Part shown: in pieces, positions 43,345-59,068 of the stretch
Layout of the letters: every line of letters starts with the position of its first letter
How positions within the stretch are numbered: the first letter of the stretch is position 1
Assembly (NCBI GenBank): GCA_964016885.1
Contig: OZ024740.1
Location: 26,412,001 to 26,476,000, forward strand
Source: Eledone cirrhosa
Taxonomy: Eukaryota
DNA: 64,000 nucleotides
Direction: 5' to 3'
The notes under the pieces: model-generated
Seen by the model: only the letters and a program-made list of their open reading frames with translations
Told to the model about the DNA's origin: nothing
The model's database searches: none
Translations under genes and position numbers: made by a program

Positions 43345-43955
43345 ATGAAAGATGTAAGATAAGAACATTTTTAAAATTAAAAATTAACTTACTAAAATTT
43401 TCACTCCTACTAATTAGTTTATGTAAGGGAATAAATATAGTTACGCAATGCAACTATAGAGAAGTCCTTACGTCATCAGAGAGTCTATTCTCAGATAAGT
43501 TCCCACGCAATGCGCGGACACTAGGAACCCATATAAAAATAATATTTCAGTGGATGGAATAAAGCTAGCGGGGACTAAATTCCAGGGCACTGAAAAAATT
43601 CACTGCCTACTTGATCAGTGGCAAATTCTAAAGAATCAATCACGTGACACTGAGGTTAATCAGTGAGGAGTGGGGTGGTATTATGACAAGAGCCTAACTA
43701 CTACCATGAACCATAGCAGTAAATTTTTGGCATGTTTTACTCAACAAATAATTTGGAGATAAATATAGAGAATTAGTATATCTACCAACATATGTATACA
43801 GATGTATATAGACTCCCTGATGACATAACGACTTCTCTACAGTTGCATTGCGTAACTATATTTATTCCCTTACAGAAACTAATTAGTAGGAGTGAAAATT
43901 TTAGCAATTAAGTTAATTTTTTATTTTTAATATTTTCTTATTTTACGTCTTTCAT
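43345..43955. repeat. ~145-bp inverted repeat pair (43345-43489 / 43808-43955), plus a ~40-bp direct repeat near 43232 and 43769
   Basis: Arms are reverse complements, e.g. TAGTTACGCAATGCAACT / AGTTGCATTGCGTAACTA. Each arm has an outward-reading CTGATGA. Confidence 0.9.
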
Positions 43956-44461
43956 ATATATATATATATATAAAATTATATATACGTGTACAGATATTTT
44001 TGCATATACTAAAACAAAATATAATCAAACGTATTTATTTCCCGAAAGCACAGACGGCTTATCGTCATTGTTACTGCCGATTTGCCACCCAAGAAGTTCC
44101 AGCTTGGCCGCAAGATCAGATTTTCCAGAAGAAAAAAATGTTACTAGATCAACAGAATCTGAAGATGATCATGAACAGATGAGGACACACGCGAGAGCCA
44201 TTCGATCAGCCCAGTCTCAAGAGCAGCGGCAGTCTTGCCTTCAGCAACTGAGGTCTCGTGCAGAAGGCAGGAGAGCAATACAGACAGAACAAGTCAGTGA
44301 GGAATCCTAAAAACTATTCAAACCCAACATCAGAGCACGTTAACTCTCCACCCACCCTGGCTGAAATGTCGGTGTACCTACCGGGCGCCAACCGGACGGG
44401 CCAGTTAGTATATATATATATATATATGATAAAATGCAAGTATTTATATTGGACATTAAAA

Positions 44462-44655
44462 ATAATTGTTTCTACTTTCGGCACAAGGCCAGCAATTATT
44501 CCAGTGCATTACTGGTACTTTATTTTATCGACCCCGTAAGGATGAAAGGCAAAGTTAACCTCGGCGGGATTTGAACTCAGAATGGCAAGGGGCGTAACTC
44601 TTTGCTGCAAAGCATAGCGTCCGACTCTCTACCGATACTACCAATCCACTGCCCT
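44462..44655 (-). mobile_element. Full-length SINE family A
   Basis: Complete tRNA-like head, core and AGAAACAATT tail on the minus strand. Confidence 0.95.
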
Positions 44656-44869
44656 GGTCATTAACAATAATACCAAATATAAGACATCCCAATAGCTTTC
44701 ACAACATTGATGATAGATAGATAAACAGATAGATATATATTAGATATAATCTGACCATATTATTTCTGCTTAACACCATTCATATCCAGTGTTTTACCTT
44801 ATCTTATGATTTTACTATCTTATCATGAATATTTTATCGAAGTCTTTAACTATAAGTTTTTTTTCCTCA

Positions 44870-45800
44870 AGTGCTTCCATAAGATATTCCCAAGATTTGC
44901 TCTGATGAGACAACTAGGATATTTCTGTGATACCTTAGTCTATTGGCAGGACCAAATAAATTTTATTCACTGATATATATCCCACACACATTTTATCATA
45001 AATAAAATCAACATTATCTGTTGGTTGTTGTGGTGAATGTTATCAAAGAAGCAAAGAGGTTTGTGTAATATTTCATCTGGCATGGATCCGTTTTACAGTG
45101 AAGCAAAAAGAATTGTTAACAAATTTTTGAAAATCTTCTTAATTGCCCATACGTTTTAATTAAAACGCAGTGAAGCCCTTGAAAGACTTCTAATATTAAG
45201 AAGTGATACATAAGTAGGAGCTATAAATTCATATCACCAGCTGTATTTCCTCTGGGATGACGCACCAGACGAATTTAAAGAACACTAAAGTCTGTTGGTG
45301 TATTTTCTTAACGAGAAATAAAATCTTATAAATCATGCGCTTCCAGAAAAACCTAGTTTATTCTACATTGTACAATTATTCTTCTGCGTAGCCTCCTTCA
45401 GAATCATTTAATTCAGCTATTCAGAATAATTAGTAGCAGCTTGTGTATCAACACTGGCAGCTACGCCGCCTATTTTAATGTTGTGCAAATTGAATAGTTT
45501 TGTAACCTTTTAAAGCATACTTTGCTAGCCAGTAAAGTTTTCGTATTAAACCTTTCATCTTTCTTATCATGCGAATTCTCATACAAACATTCTGGTTTCG
45601 CTTCAATGAACATCATGTATATCACACGTTATATTTCCTCTACCATCGAACTACACACTCGATATGTATTCACATAAAACACTGCATATGATCTTTATGA
45701 AAATAAAGTTCGTGGAGCTAATGGAGTAGCTACTTAGGCACTTATGTTACCTTTGCTTTTATTCAGACATTAAAAGCTTTAAAGTTTTCAGATTGTTTAC
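44870..45800 (-). mobile_element. Highly decayed Tigger/pogo (CENP-B-like DDE) transposase remnant
   Basis: Manual minus translation FNLHNIKIGGVAASVDTQAA..EGGYAEE*LYNVE*TRFFWKRM matches the Tigger pattern LHNIKxxGEAASAD..EGGY..FNxDETGLFWKRM. Later LLLFDNI (cf. LLLLDNA) and PID*GI (cf. PMDQGV). Many stops and frameshifts. Confidence 0.8.
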
Positions 45801-46120
45801 TGAGATCCCCACCAATATGAAAGTTTCCTAAAACATGAAGCTTAACATACAATGCAATCCTTCTAAGAGTCCTTGTTGTACAAGGGTATAAACTATACAG
45901 GACGAGTTAGTGGTAAAATCTACAAGTGACAGTGAGACATACTTATACACAAGAAGTAGGATAGTAGAATCCTGGGAAAGGCCAGGAAAGGTTCTTAGTA
46001 CATAAAGTATTATGTTGATGTAAGAATGGAAATGAGAATATGAGCGGAGGATTCACTTAGATAATCGTACCGTAGGATTAAAATGAATTATAAGAACAGT
46101 GTGCATTATTTTCGTCCTCA

Positions 46121-46440
46121 CTTTACGGTCTGAGTTCAAATCCCGCCGAGGTTAACTTTGCATTTCATCCTTACGGGGTCGATAAAATAAAGTACCAGTA
46201 ATGTACTGGATAATTGATGGCCTTGTGCCAAAAGTAGAAACAATTATTTTGTAATTTGTTGGCAGTATCGGTAGAGGGTCTGACGCCATTCTTTGCAGCA
46301 AAGGGTTACGGCCCTTTATAGTCTGGGTTCAAATCACGCCAAGGTAAACTTTGCCTTTCAACCTTACGGTGTCGATAAAATAAAGTACCAGTAATACACT
46401 GGGGGTAATTGCTGGCTTTATGCCAAAAGTAGAAACAATT
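46121..46440 (+). mobile_element. Two SINE family A copies, the second (46259-46440) inserted at the tail of the first
   Basis: TSD ATTATTTTGTAATTTG at 46243-46258 and 46438-46453. Confidence 0.93.
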
Positions 46441-46762
46441 ATTTTGTAATTTGGTACTTTTGTTTACGATGATGAAATGTCCAAGAAGTAAACGTTAAAG
46501 ATATATTATAACAACTTTTTGGTTTACATTCATATCTATGCCATGCAGAATGGTAGTGAGATTATTGCAGGTATATATATATTCCCAAATGAAACAAGAA
46601 ACTCATTTCGTGTCATTTGTGTGTATCTTTGAGTGCGATAGACTCATCACAAATAATTCGTTCGACACATGTGGCCTTCGTGCAAGTGCGACTTCAATAA
46701 ATGTATTTACACACACACACATACACACACACACACACTGAGACATTTCTCTCTCTGTCCCT

Positions 46763-46793
<31 letters not shown>

Positions 46794-46797
46794 CTTA

Positions 46798-47100
46798 TCT
46801 ATACATATATATAAAACTGAAGTTGTCTGTGTGTGTGTGCCCCCTAATTATGGAAAGTCTATACAAATCCACATTTCTACTCCGATTGACTTCAAACTTG
46901 CATTTCTATACTCCTTGCGGTCTAAAGATATTAACTGCAGCTTTTCAATTTTCAAATTTCTGTTGTTAAAGGCGTTTTTTTTCACTAAAACTTTAAGCCC
47001 TTTTTGTCAGTTCGGAGATTTTGTCTACAATGTTCAAGGGAGACAACTCTTTAGTATTTTGAAACAGTTACCTCTCTTTATAGACTATTTTATTCCGACA
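46798..47100 (+). mobile_element. Helitron-like 5' fragment
   Basis: A|TC start with TATATATAAAACTGAAGTTGTCTGT, nearly identical to the 5' end of the Helitron at 52688. No 3' end found; right boundary approximate. Confidence 0.6.
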
Positions 47101-47380
47101 TAAACGTATCCCTTGAAATTGTTGATGATGACCCCAATAGTAACTCCGAAGCTTTCAGGATCCGATATAAGAGTTCGGTCTATATCAGATTGGGTAGATT
47201 TTTGTAACCTTAAAAGTATCCAACTAAATTCCTTCATGCTCTCCACCACTGCAGCCCCAAAGGCTTACTGCTCTGTACCATATCACAACAAATACATGTT
47301 CGGTTTGTCGAATACCGTTTTACTTGACCCTATCGCAAATATTTATTAAAATAACAGATTAAAGTTTAAGCAAAGAATCG

Positions 47381-47457
<77 letters not shown>

Positions 47458-47909
47458 ATATTATGAACTTAACTTTTATATACTTTACATGTATATATAT
47501 ATATATGTATGTTTTCCTTTTGTTTAGTGTAGAATTTATATTGTCTATATATAAAAGTGACGTGAGATATGAAGAGGTATCAGGAACAAAACAATATATA
47601 AAGACAAACATTAGAGAATGGAAATATACACTGTGGTTCTTCGCCTAACACAATACTAAGAAATGACCAAAACTATAAAAGCAATATTGAGTCCTACATT
47701 TAGAATTGCATGTGAAAGTTTAGATTCCTAGATATATGTCATAGTATATCGGCGTATTTTTATATAACTCGTTGTGTATACACATGTGATTGTATCTTGT
47801 ATACGTTATATATGTAGGTGTATACTTATATACATACATGCATATATATATATGTACCATGTATGTTTATACGTGTGTATGCGTATATATATATATATAT
47901 ATACGTATG

Positions 47910-47960
<51 letters not shown>

Positions 47961-49569
47961 TTAAGGATACTATTTATGGTTATGTATATACTTAACCCTT
48001 TTATAGTTATATATATTTTAAACCCTAAATAGTGAAAGACAGTAATTTATTACTATCTTATTACCAGTAAGATAAATAGCTCAATGTAACAACGTCAGTT
48101 GTTTTACAGAGCAGTTATATAGAAAGTACATGAATCAAAGTTCTGTTTAAATCATTTACATACAAAGATTACAGTCATATTAAAGGACAACATTAAAGTT
48201 AAAATTAAAATTAAAATTTAAATTAAAATAAAACATTGGCAGTTTACGAAGATAAAGCAAGAGGATAGTTTGGAGTAGCCAGTTTATGCAACAGTCACAC
48301 GTGAGGCATGCACGCGTGTCCTATTTATACAAGATTATAGTGCGGCAGATTGTTACATGTAAAACAAGCAGTCAAAGCAGGCAATCAAGAGCATCATGGG
48401 GGCTGTACTGGTAAAGCATTTTTCACACACACATGTACGATATAGAAGCTCGTGTGTAGAGAAACACCAAAAATATCAAAAATATTACAAATGAGAAGCA
48501 AAACAGCACCACTGTCCTCGCACACACCACCACTCTCACAATCCAGGAAACGCAATTTATAGACTACATGTCCATAACACAATCCACGATGATTCAAAAT
48601 TGGGTGCCTGGTGAACCATGTTAGAACATCACAGCTTGTCGTTCTCTAATTCGATTCTATAGCGCAGGTTGTTTTTGTTGTGAGAGTTGACATCGTATTA
48701 TATTCCGTAAGTGTGTGTGTGATTAAGGGGAGTTAATGCGTAAGGAGAGGTAACTAGCTGATTTCTATAGCTAAATTTATTATCCTAAAGTACAATCATG
48801 GTGTCTCAAATGAGTGCCTATCATATAAGGTTATAAACAATTTCTAAATGTAAGTATCTCATCTATACATTAGAGTGTAGTCTATCAAGAAGTACTAAAG
48901 GTGTTCATATTAGGATGATTACCTTCTATCATAGAGTGCCACAACCGAATATTCTATATGAAGAGTCATATCTCTAAATCAATGATCTTTGTAAGTGTAG
49001 TCCACCCGCAGAACCTGGCAGGGTCTTATTAGAATCACTTCTATATATGACTCCTGGTAAGCTCTGGGTCATTTCATGTCTGATTGCATGGCAAAGTTAA
49101 ATATCACTAGGGTAGTCTAGAGATCAATTCTCACTTACAATGACACTAATCTGACCATCAAGTCATACATGTATGTATAACTCATAGATCACCTGTACAT
49201 AATTCATTGCACTCAGCATATAGATTATATAGCTCTTTTATGTTAATAAATTAATTACTTAATCTTCCATTTATCCAATGATGGCACTCCATATACAGGA
49301 CAATGTTAGCACAACCAATTCCGTGCTTAAAGTTTACATTAATTATATATTGGTGTAATGTAGTCTTATTAATTGAAGGCTAATATACCAAAAGTAGAAG
49401 TACATGGGGATATCTCTAGGGTAAAAGGTACTAGGAGGATGTCACTATTTGCGTTAAAGTGGATTAATGGGTGTGGAGATGAGGTGTAAGGTGTGCCCTT
49501 GATGTTTGTTGCTAGAGGTGGTGACGGGTTCAAGTCTGACATTGTTATATATTGGGTTTAAAGTTTTGG

Positions 49570-50841
49570 AAGGAGTGTCGGAAGCGGTGTTGGCAAGACG
49601 CGAACACTTCTGATTTTTTATTAAGGAGGTTATGGTTTGAGAAGATGATAGTATGGGTCTCTAGTAGACAGAGGTTACAAAATTTATTAGGTGCTTTGTA
49701 CGATGTCGCGTTACCTATCACTTCCCATTTAAGTGTATATGGTTTATTTTTAGTTTTTAGATAGTGTATGTAGCTAGATAGTGAAGTGGAGTTGGCTAGA
49801 CTGTGTTTTTTGAAAGAGTGGAGGTTCGAATTGTATCTTGTTTTGAAGCAGTTTGAAGTAGAGCCTATATAGGTTTCAGAAGAGTTGCTAGTTGTGACTG
49901 TGCATGAGTATATGATATCCTTGATTAAACATTGTTTATCTAAAGGGCAGGTTCTATTTGATCTACAGTTACAATTATTCTGGGTGTTGGTCTGCCGGTT
50001 ATTATGTTGTGTAGAAGTATGGATGGTAGCTATAGGATTATGGTTATGTGGGCTGTCGTTCCCAGCGTTATTGTTTACACTAGTGCTATTACTATTATTT
50101 CTATTGTTATTAGGGTTAGTTGCTATAATGTTATTTTGAAGGTTTATCGTCTGTTGTGATTTAGTTTGTTGGAAGTAAGAATTAATTTTTCTTTTATTGC
50201 TACTAGCTATGTGGTATGCTATGTTAGGCGTAGTAGAGTAGGAGATTTCAATAGTGTTTTTGTTTAAAAGGCTATGGTACTTGTGGCCGGATGGGAAATG
50301 TTTATCTAGTAGTGAGAAGAAAGCCCTAGGTAGGTTGGTAGAGACGTTTAGATTGAAAGGAAGGTTGAAAAATGTATTATTTCTTCTTCTATTTTTGTTT
50401 TTTTATGTCTGGTGAGTTGTTTCCTTTTATGGTACTATGGTAATTTCTGTGGTGTGGGTTACTTTTGTTGGCATCCTCCGTATTAGTGTGTGTGTGGTTG
50501 CTATTCCTATTACTAAATTTCCTCATGAACAAGTTGTGCGAATTAATGTTGTAGCTATGTGTTTTTGTAGGTAGGAACTCGATCTCTATATTATTGCCTG
50601 ATCTAGCTAATGCCTGATTATAATATTACGAGTTTTTGCTAAATATGTTTACGTCATAGGATAGATTAGAGATTCTATTAGATACTCCCTTAGAGATAGA
50701 GTTTAATATAGATCTAGGGTGGTTAGGCTTGGTATCTACGTAAATGAGTATTTCATTAGGTTTGTGGAAAGGTGCATATGTCTTTGAGTCTAGGTAGAGG
50801 GTGGCATCCAGGAAGTTAACTTGTTTAGTGTTTTTGTCCAT
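49570..50841 (-). pseudogene. Disrupted PLE polyprotein (RT thumb, linker, GIY-YIG endonuclease)
   Basis: Motifs as above; stop at 50626; no RT catalytic core present. Confidence 0.88.
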
Positions 50842-51017
50842 TGTAATACTAAGGTTATAGTTTTTTTGTCCTTTAATATGACTGTAATCTTTGTATGTAA
50901 ATTGCCATGCTATATTATTATAATCGATGTCAACCCACTGTGGGTCAATATATACATATGTTTCTATATGTCTCGTGTGTTGAAAAGGAGGTCAAGTATG
51001 TAAAAAATAACTGAATA

Positions 51018-51068
51018 ATTGCTCTGAACACTCCAAACCTCGGTTTGGAAGAAACAATTGTAAGCAAA
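51018..51068 (+). ncRNA. Minimal type I HHR in the PLE pseudo-LTR (core mutated G8C)
   Basis: TTGCT-CTGAACA-C-TCCAAAC(CTCG)GTTTGGA-A-GAAA-CAATTG-TA-AGCAA; palindromic stem III. Confidence 0.8.
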
Positions 51069-51102
51069 TAAATGATTTAAACAGAACTTTGATTCATGTA
51101 CT

Positions 51103-51770
<668 letters not shown>

Positions 51771-51814
51771 CCTGGTATGTGTATAAGCATTTCTAACTTT
51801 AATTTTATACCTAA

Positions 51815-52688
51815 CTAGCAGTAAAGCCCGGCGTTGCTCGGGGTCGCTCAGTAGCTGTGTTAAAGTTACAATGTTAAGTTTCTTTTTTGGCTTAAAAACT
51901 GTAGTGTCTACTGTGCAGACTTGCATGTGGTGTTTTTGATTAATATTCCCTCAACCAACAATATGCCTTATGAAGTTAAGAAAACATAACGATAACCCGA
52001 ATGTTATAACAAAAGAGGATGCTGGGGATAAAAACTGCACTGGTTATTTATTAACAAAGATCGAAAATGTAAACACTGCAACGCAGAGAAAAACATTAGC
52101 GTAACCAAATTATCAGTTATGTCTGTCTGCACGCCTATATCACCTCTCTGTACGACTATCTGTCTGCACGCGTATATCACCTCTCTGCACGACTGTCTGT
52201 CTGCACGCGTATATCACCTCTCTGCACGACTGTCTGTCTGCACGCCTAACGAAATTTACAGATACATATATTTTAAATAAACTTATATAATTTTTGCTTT
52301 TTTTTACGAAATATTTCCTTGTTTTACGTAGTCTTTAAATAGACTTGTTTTCAAGTAAAAATATTGTTTTAAAAGGCTTTTAAATGGAAATGAAGTCATT
52401 TTAAACGCTGAGAAAGCCAGCGTAATTTTTTTAATTTTTGCACGCAGACGCTCAATGTAAACAGAACAAAGGGAAATAACTGATCACTTACGCTCAACAA
52501 TCGATACATTATATTCGATTTCGTCAGATAGGGCGGGTCAATTTGAAATATTTTTTTTCCGATGTCTTCGCTAGGGCTCAATGTACAAGTATAGCAATTT
52601 CAGTGCAATTCCGTGAGAGATTCTAAGAGGAGATGTGTGCCAAAAATCGATAGACAGACAGACAACCTCAGTTTTATATATATATAGA
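51815..52688 (-). mobile_element. Complete non-autonomous Helitron, 874 bp
   Basis: Minus strand A|TC...CTAG|T termini with subterminal hairpin CCCGAGCAACGCCGGG. Internal 37-bp tandem repeat (about 3.5 copies, 52120-52248). Confidence 0.9.
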
Positions 52689-52924
52689 TTGTGTATGGTT
52701 GACAGTATATTTAATCGATTTCCACGTGCTGTTGAAATGTTGGGTAAACATTCTATAGTGGTTGGCCGCGAAGAGATTGCTGTCGTTTATTTATTTACTA
52801 TTTCTTCATGGGTGCCTTTTAATCTTATAGCTTGGTCTAATTGATTTTTGTGTGGTTAATTATGCTAATTGGGACAGGTAATGGTGTATATATATTATCA
52901 AATGATTCTATGGACATACTTTAT

Positions 52925-52927
<3 letters not shown>

Positions 52928-53019
<92 letters not shown>

Positions 53020-53049
53020 CCACACACATACACACACACACACACACAT

Positions 53050-53123
<74 letters not shown>

Positions 53124-53124
53124 G

Positions 53125-53197
<73 letters not shown>

Positions 53198-53254
53198 ATA
53201 TATTTATGTTTGTATCTATATATATATGTATGTATATATATATATATATATATG

Positions 53255-53292
<38 letters not shown>
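52928..53292. repeat. (CA)n/(TA)n microsatellite
   Basis: Directly visible. Confidence 0.98.
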
Positions 53293-53297
<5 letters not shown>

Positions 53298-53333
53298 ACA
53301 GGAGGCTGGACTGGTGTAAATCCTTGAAAGGTT

Positions 53334-53395
53334 TATTATACAATGATCATTCCAATGACCGGGTTCAGTATGAATCCGGTGATATCATCAGTTAT
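53334..53395 (-). ncRNA. Decayed HHR-like motif, probable PLE pseudo-LTR remnant
   Basis: CTGATGA, hairpin ACCGGATTCA/TGAACCCGGT, then GAAT (not GAAA)..TGTA and AATAAA. Confidence 0.45.
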
Positions 53396-53997
53396 TCAAA
53401 ATATAACAAAGAAATATAACAGATAAAATTCATGGGGCTCTAAATCAGAGATAATAGGACGACCGACTATTTAGCAGCTTCTACCTCGGTTGGCCGCCCT
53501 CGAGTGTTGATTATTAACTCTACTTATGACCATATGGTGAGGGGCGTAAGCTTATAATATGCTACTACCTCCCCACCAAAGAGAAATGTCAGCGTTGAGG
53601 TCAAGCCACAATCAGGCTGACTATGTGTGATAGAAATTGCCGGGAAAAATGTATTTTCCAAAGAACATATATCTTTAACAAAGGCATATATAGTGCGCGT
53701 CTGTATGGTATAACGTGTGGACAGAAATTTCGGTCAGCAAAGAGGAACGTTAAACTTATGTTTAGAGTTATATCATGAAATTATAAAAATAAGAGAAATA
53801 AGGTTTAAGGTTTGGGTTGAGAGATTTACTTAAAGAATTTACAGAAAAAGTCTTTTATGAAAATGTTTAAGTGTATTATAGATAGTGTCGTTACGTTTTC
53901 AGGTAGGATATAGAGTGAAGATTAAGCCCTTGTTTAGCAGTCAATAAGCATCGACGACTGCAGATCCCAGCCAGCCCTTCCTGACCACGTGTCAGCC

Positions 53998-54437
53998 GTT
54001 CCGAGTAATATCATCTAGCGAAAGAAATGGAAATTAATTTTTCCGAGCACTCCAGGGATGTAACTGTCTTAGGCGTCGTGTGTGTTAGCGAGAAGTCCGC
54101 CATCGCCATCAGGCCATCGTCTATACCAAACGAATACTATCAATTCACACAGGATGGGGATTTAGTTACGTGCCAGTAGAGGGAGGCAGGATACAGCTAA
54201 TAGTTATGATTAAGTCTAGAATTTAAAGTTATTTATTGGCGGTCAAAACCGGCGGCGCGGCGGGCCCCGGGGGGAAGCATCCATTCCGAGTAATTTCGTT
54301 TACCGAAAGAAGGGGAAATTTATTTTTCCAAGCACTCAAATAAGGCTTATCCACCAGATCGCCCGGCGCGCAGCCTGGAAAGCCGCCACGTCCGTGGGAT
54401 CATCGCGTGTTACCAAACGATTATTATATATTCACAC
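53998..54437. repeat. Diverged ~150-bp direct repeat pair, period ~287, with GC-rich spacer
   Basis: TTCCGAGTAAT..CGAAAGAA..GGAAATT..GCACTC and CATCG..TACCAAACGA..ATTCACAC each occur twice. Confidence 0.8.
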
Positions 54438-54802
54438 CGGTGATGTGATGTTGAAAGTGGTAAAACCCGATGAAATGCGCAGATAGACTATATTAAGTCC
54501 CCATATATATATATATATTCAAGAATGTGTTTAAAGTGTATTCTTTTTACAGAAATACTACTGGCGCTAAATATTTCTAAATAAGACCACGGGGAAACAA
54601 AAGGTAGTTGGTGATTGAGAACAAGGTTTTATAATACAATAAGCTAAAAAGGAATACAGATTTAAAGTGAATGGGCAGGTTAGTTAAACCCGTGAGAAGT
54701 GGTGAGCGTATGGGGGGCTGATATAGTGGGTGAATGTAGATATTGTATCTTTCGACAAAACGATTGGTTGATGAATATGCCATACGCCATATACATTTAT
54801 GT

Positions 54803-55575
54803 ATATATATATATGTATATATAGTGTATTTTGTAATACACTGTATGCTTAATTAAAAGCATTTCGAAGACCTTATGCTATGGTTTTAGAATAGTGACAG
54901 TCTCACTTAATTTAAATTTTCAGCAAACAGAGGAGATAAAGCTGACGGAGCTATGTTTCGTACTGATTGGTACATATCAAAGCCAAGTACTCCACCTGTT
55001 TACTGAATATCATGAATGTTTGATTCTTATAGAATTTCTAGTAATAATCAGGAACTGAATATACAGAGAGGTTGCCGGTCAAGGAGAAATTGAAAATTAG
55101 AAATGGCGCTCTGAAATAGCGATATATATATGAATGTATATATAATGTATTTTGCAATACACTGTATGCTTAATTAAAAGCATTTCGAAGACCTTATGCT
55201 ATCGTTTTAGAGTAGTGAGAGTCTCACTAACTTTAAATTTTCAGCAAACAGGGGAGATAAAGCTGACACATCTATGTTTCGTACTGATTGGTACTTATCA
55301 AAGCCAAGTACTCCACCTGTTTGCTGAAAATCATGAATGTTTGATTCTTATAGAATTTCTAGTAATAATCAGGAACTGATTATACAGAGCTTTGATAAGT
55401 ACCAATCAGTACGAAACATAGCTCTGTCAGCATTATCTCCCCTGTTTGCTGAAAATTTAAAGCAGGTGAGACTCCCACTACCCTAAAACAATAGCATAAG
55501 GTCTTCGAAATGCTTTTAATTATGCATACGGTGCATTGCAAAATACACTATATATACATTCATATATATATCGCT
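54803..55575. mobile_element. ORF-less HHR module: 321-bp partial tandem (minus) plus inverted copy (plus)
   Basis: HHR GCT-TTGATAA-GTAC(CAATCA)GTAC-GAAA-CA..TG-TC-AGC at 55262-55304(-) and 55389-55431(+); a third copy at 54941-54983(-) has core TTGATAT. Confidence 0.8.
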
Positions 55576-55601
55576 CTTTCCGAGCATCACTTCTAATTTT
55601 A

Positions 55602-55676
<75 letters not shown>

Positions 55677-55763
55677 GGTAAAAGGTAAACAGAAATGACA
55701 TCACAATCGGTACAGTATATGGAGGGGATATATTAGGTTCACGCTTGATACAGCAGGAAGAGA

Positions 55764-55801
55764 TTCTTAACGCTTCGGACGCTAGTCCTTCATCAGAAGA
55801 A
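55764..55801 (-). ncRNA. Minimal PLE-type HHR (GAAG in place of GAAA)
   Basis: TTCTT-CTGATGA-A-GGAC(TAGC)GTCC-GAAG-CG-TT-AAGAA. Confidence 0.7.
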
Positions 55802-55891
55802 AGAAAGAGAAATAAGATAGATTGAGGGGACGGCCGGGTTGGAATTGGAAAAAATGTCTTTAGATAAAAATAACAGGTCCATTCATGTTGA

Positions 55892-56955
<1,064 letters not shown>

Positions 56956-56965
56956 TATATATATA

Positions 56966-57252
56966 TATAAAGAAAAAGAGATGAAATCGAAAATGCAACT
57001 GGAGTCTTATTTTTAAAAAAAATATATATATTTATTTGGTTCCTTTACCGGTTTCGCAGTTCTTCTGCTTTTCAAAAGGTGAGTTGAGATGGAGGGTCTG
57101 TGGTTTTTCTAAAACCACAGACCCTCCATCTCAACTCACCTTTTGAAAAGCAGAAGAACTGCGAAACTGGTAAAGGAACCAAATAAATATATATATTTAA
57201 AAAAAAAATAACACTCCAGTTGCATTTTCGATTTCATCTCTTTTTCTTTATA
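56966..57252. mobile_element. ~140-bp-arm fold-back palindrome carrying an HHR in each arm
   Basis: Near-perfect inverted repeat centred near 57109. HHR CCTT-TTGAAAA-GCAG(AAGAA)CTGC-GAAA-C(C/T)GG-TA-AAGG at 57042-57079(-) and 57139-57176(+). Confidence 0.88.
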
Positions 57253-57307
57253 CTTTCACTCGTGTAGGACACCTCGGTTATTTTTCATTTTGTAAAAAAA
57301 ACCTCAC

Positions 57308-57353
<46 letters not shown>

Positions 57354-57357
<4 letters not shown>

Positions 57358-59068
57358 GTTTACATATACATAAATTTATATACGTTACAACCGGTCACTT
57401 TTTAGCTCTATGAAGAATTAATAAATTAAATACTCAGAGCAATATATTATTATAAATCATGTCTACAGAATTATTAGATAAACAAAATATATACTCCATT
57501 TCCTCTGCCAAACAGCACAATCAACCATATAAAAAAATCAATTATACTAAGCCATAAGGATACAAGCTCCTATGAAGAAATCTCCGACAAATAAACGAGA
57601 GTGGCTTCTTCGCGGTATCCACAGCAGGTTATTTATCCAAGATTTTGACAGCATGCATAAATCGACCAAGTACATAATTAACCATATGCAATTCGGTGTA
57701 AAATCAAACATAGAAGAACTCTGTGCATACCGTAACTATATCCCTACCATGGTTTCATCCGTATTTTTAGATATCCTATTAATAGGAAATCCATTGAGTT
57801 CGGAATCATCAGGAGATATACTCCAAAATAGACACTTAGTATTCTAAGCCGATCGCGCCAAAATTGGATTAAAAAATGGCTAAGAATCACACTATGGCCG
57901 TGGTCAAGTTGGAAAGAATGTGATTGGCTGTTGACGGCGTGTAGGCCTGTCGCTCGAAAGCGCAACCAAATATCGCCAAATTTAATCTCAACCTTACGGG
58001 AGATTATTACATATAAAGGTTTACATATACATAAATGTATATATGTTACAACTGGTCACTTTTTAGCTCTATGAAGAATTAATAAATTAAATACTCAGAG
58101 CAATATGTTATTATAAATCATGTCTACAGAATTATTAGATAAACAAAATATATACTCCATTTACTCTGCCAAACAGCACAATCAACCATATAAAAAATCA
58201 ATTATACTAAGCCATAAGGATAAAAGCTCCTATATGGTTGATTGTGCTGTTTATTTGTCGGAGATGTCTTCATAGGAGCTTTTATCCTCATGGCTTAGTA
58301 TAATTGATTTTTTATATGGTTGATTGTGCTGTTTGGCAGAGGAAATGGAGTATATATTTTGTTTATCTAATAATTCTGTAGACATGATTTATAATAATAT
58401 ATTGCTCTGAGTATTTAATTTATTAAATATTCTTCATAAATATTCTTCATAGAGCTAAAAAGTGACCGGTTGTAACATATATAAATGTATGTATATGTAA
58501 ACCTTTATATTTAATAATCTCCTGTAAGGTTGAGATTAAATTTGGCGATATTTGGCTGCGCTTTCGAGCGACAGGCCTACACGCCGTCAACAGCCAATCA
58601 CATTCTTTCCAACTTGACCACGGCCATAGTGTGATTCTTAGCCATTTTTTAATCCAATTTTGGTGCGATCAGCTTGGAATACTAAGTGTCTATTTTTGAG
58701 TATATCTCCTGATGATTCCGAACTCAATGGATTTCCTATTAATAGGATATCTAAAAATACGGATGAAACCATGGTAGGGATATAGTTACGGTATGCACAG
58801 AGTTCTTCTATCTTTGATTTTACACCGAATTGCATATGGTTAATTATGTACTTGGTCGATTTATGCATGGTGTCGAAATGCTGGATAAATAACCTGCTGT
58901 GGATACCGCGAAGAAGCCACTCTCGTTTATTTGTCGGAGATTTCTTCATAGGAGCTTTTATCCTCATGGCTTAGTATAATTGATTTTTTATATAGTTGAT
59001 TGTGCTGTTTGGCAGAGGAAATGGAGTATACATTTTGTTTATCTAATAATTCTGTAGACATGATTTAT

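Larger units (their letters stand above)
42400..44408 (+). mobile_element. Probable degraded Helitron with nested insertions
   Basis: Start ATATATAATAAAGCTGACGG resembles non-autonomous Helitron 5' ends. A GC-rich end CCGGGCGCCAACCGGACGGG is followed by TTAG-T (CTAG-like). Bases 44120-44300 encode ESEDDHEQMR..QSQEQRQSCLQQLRSR, resembling STPR-like repeats at RepHel N-termini. Linkage of the two ends is inferred. Confidence 0.55.

Noticed and set aside
41681-44940. CTGATGA at about 41682, 42228, 43817 and 44902 as hammerheads
   Set aside because: No correctly placed GAAA, stem III or stem I partner was found.
57572-58967. Duplicated 91/109-aa ORF MKKSPTNKREW..
   Set aside because: Duplicated only because of the inverted repeat, antisense to the HHR, and not preserved in the related 56004-56955 copy.
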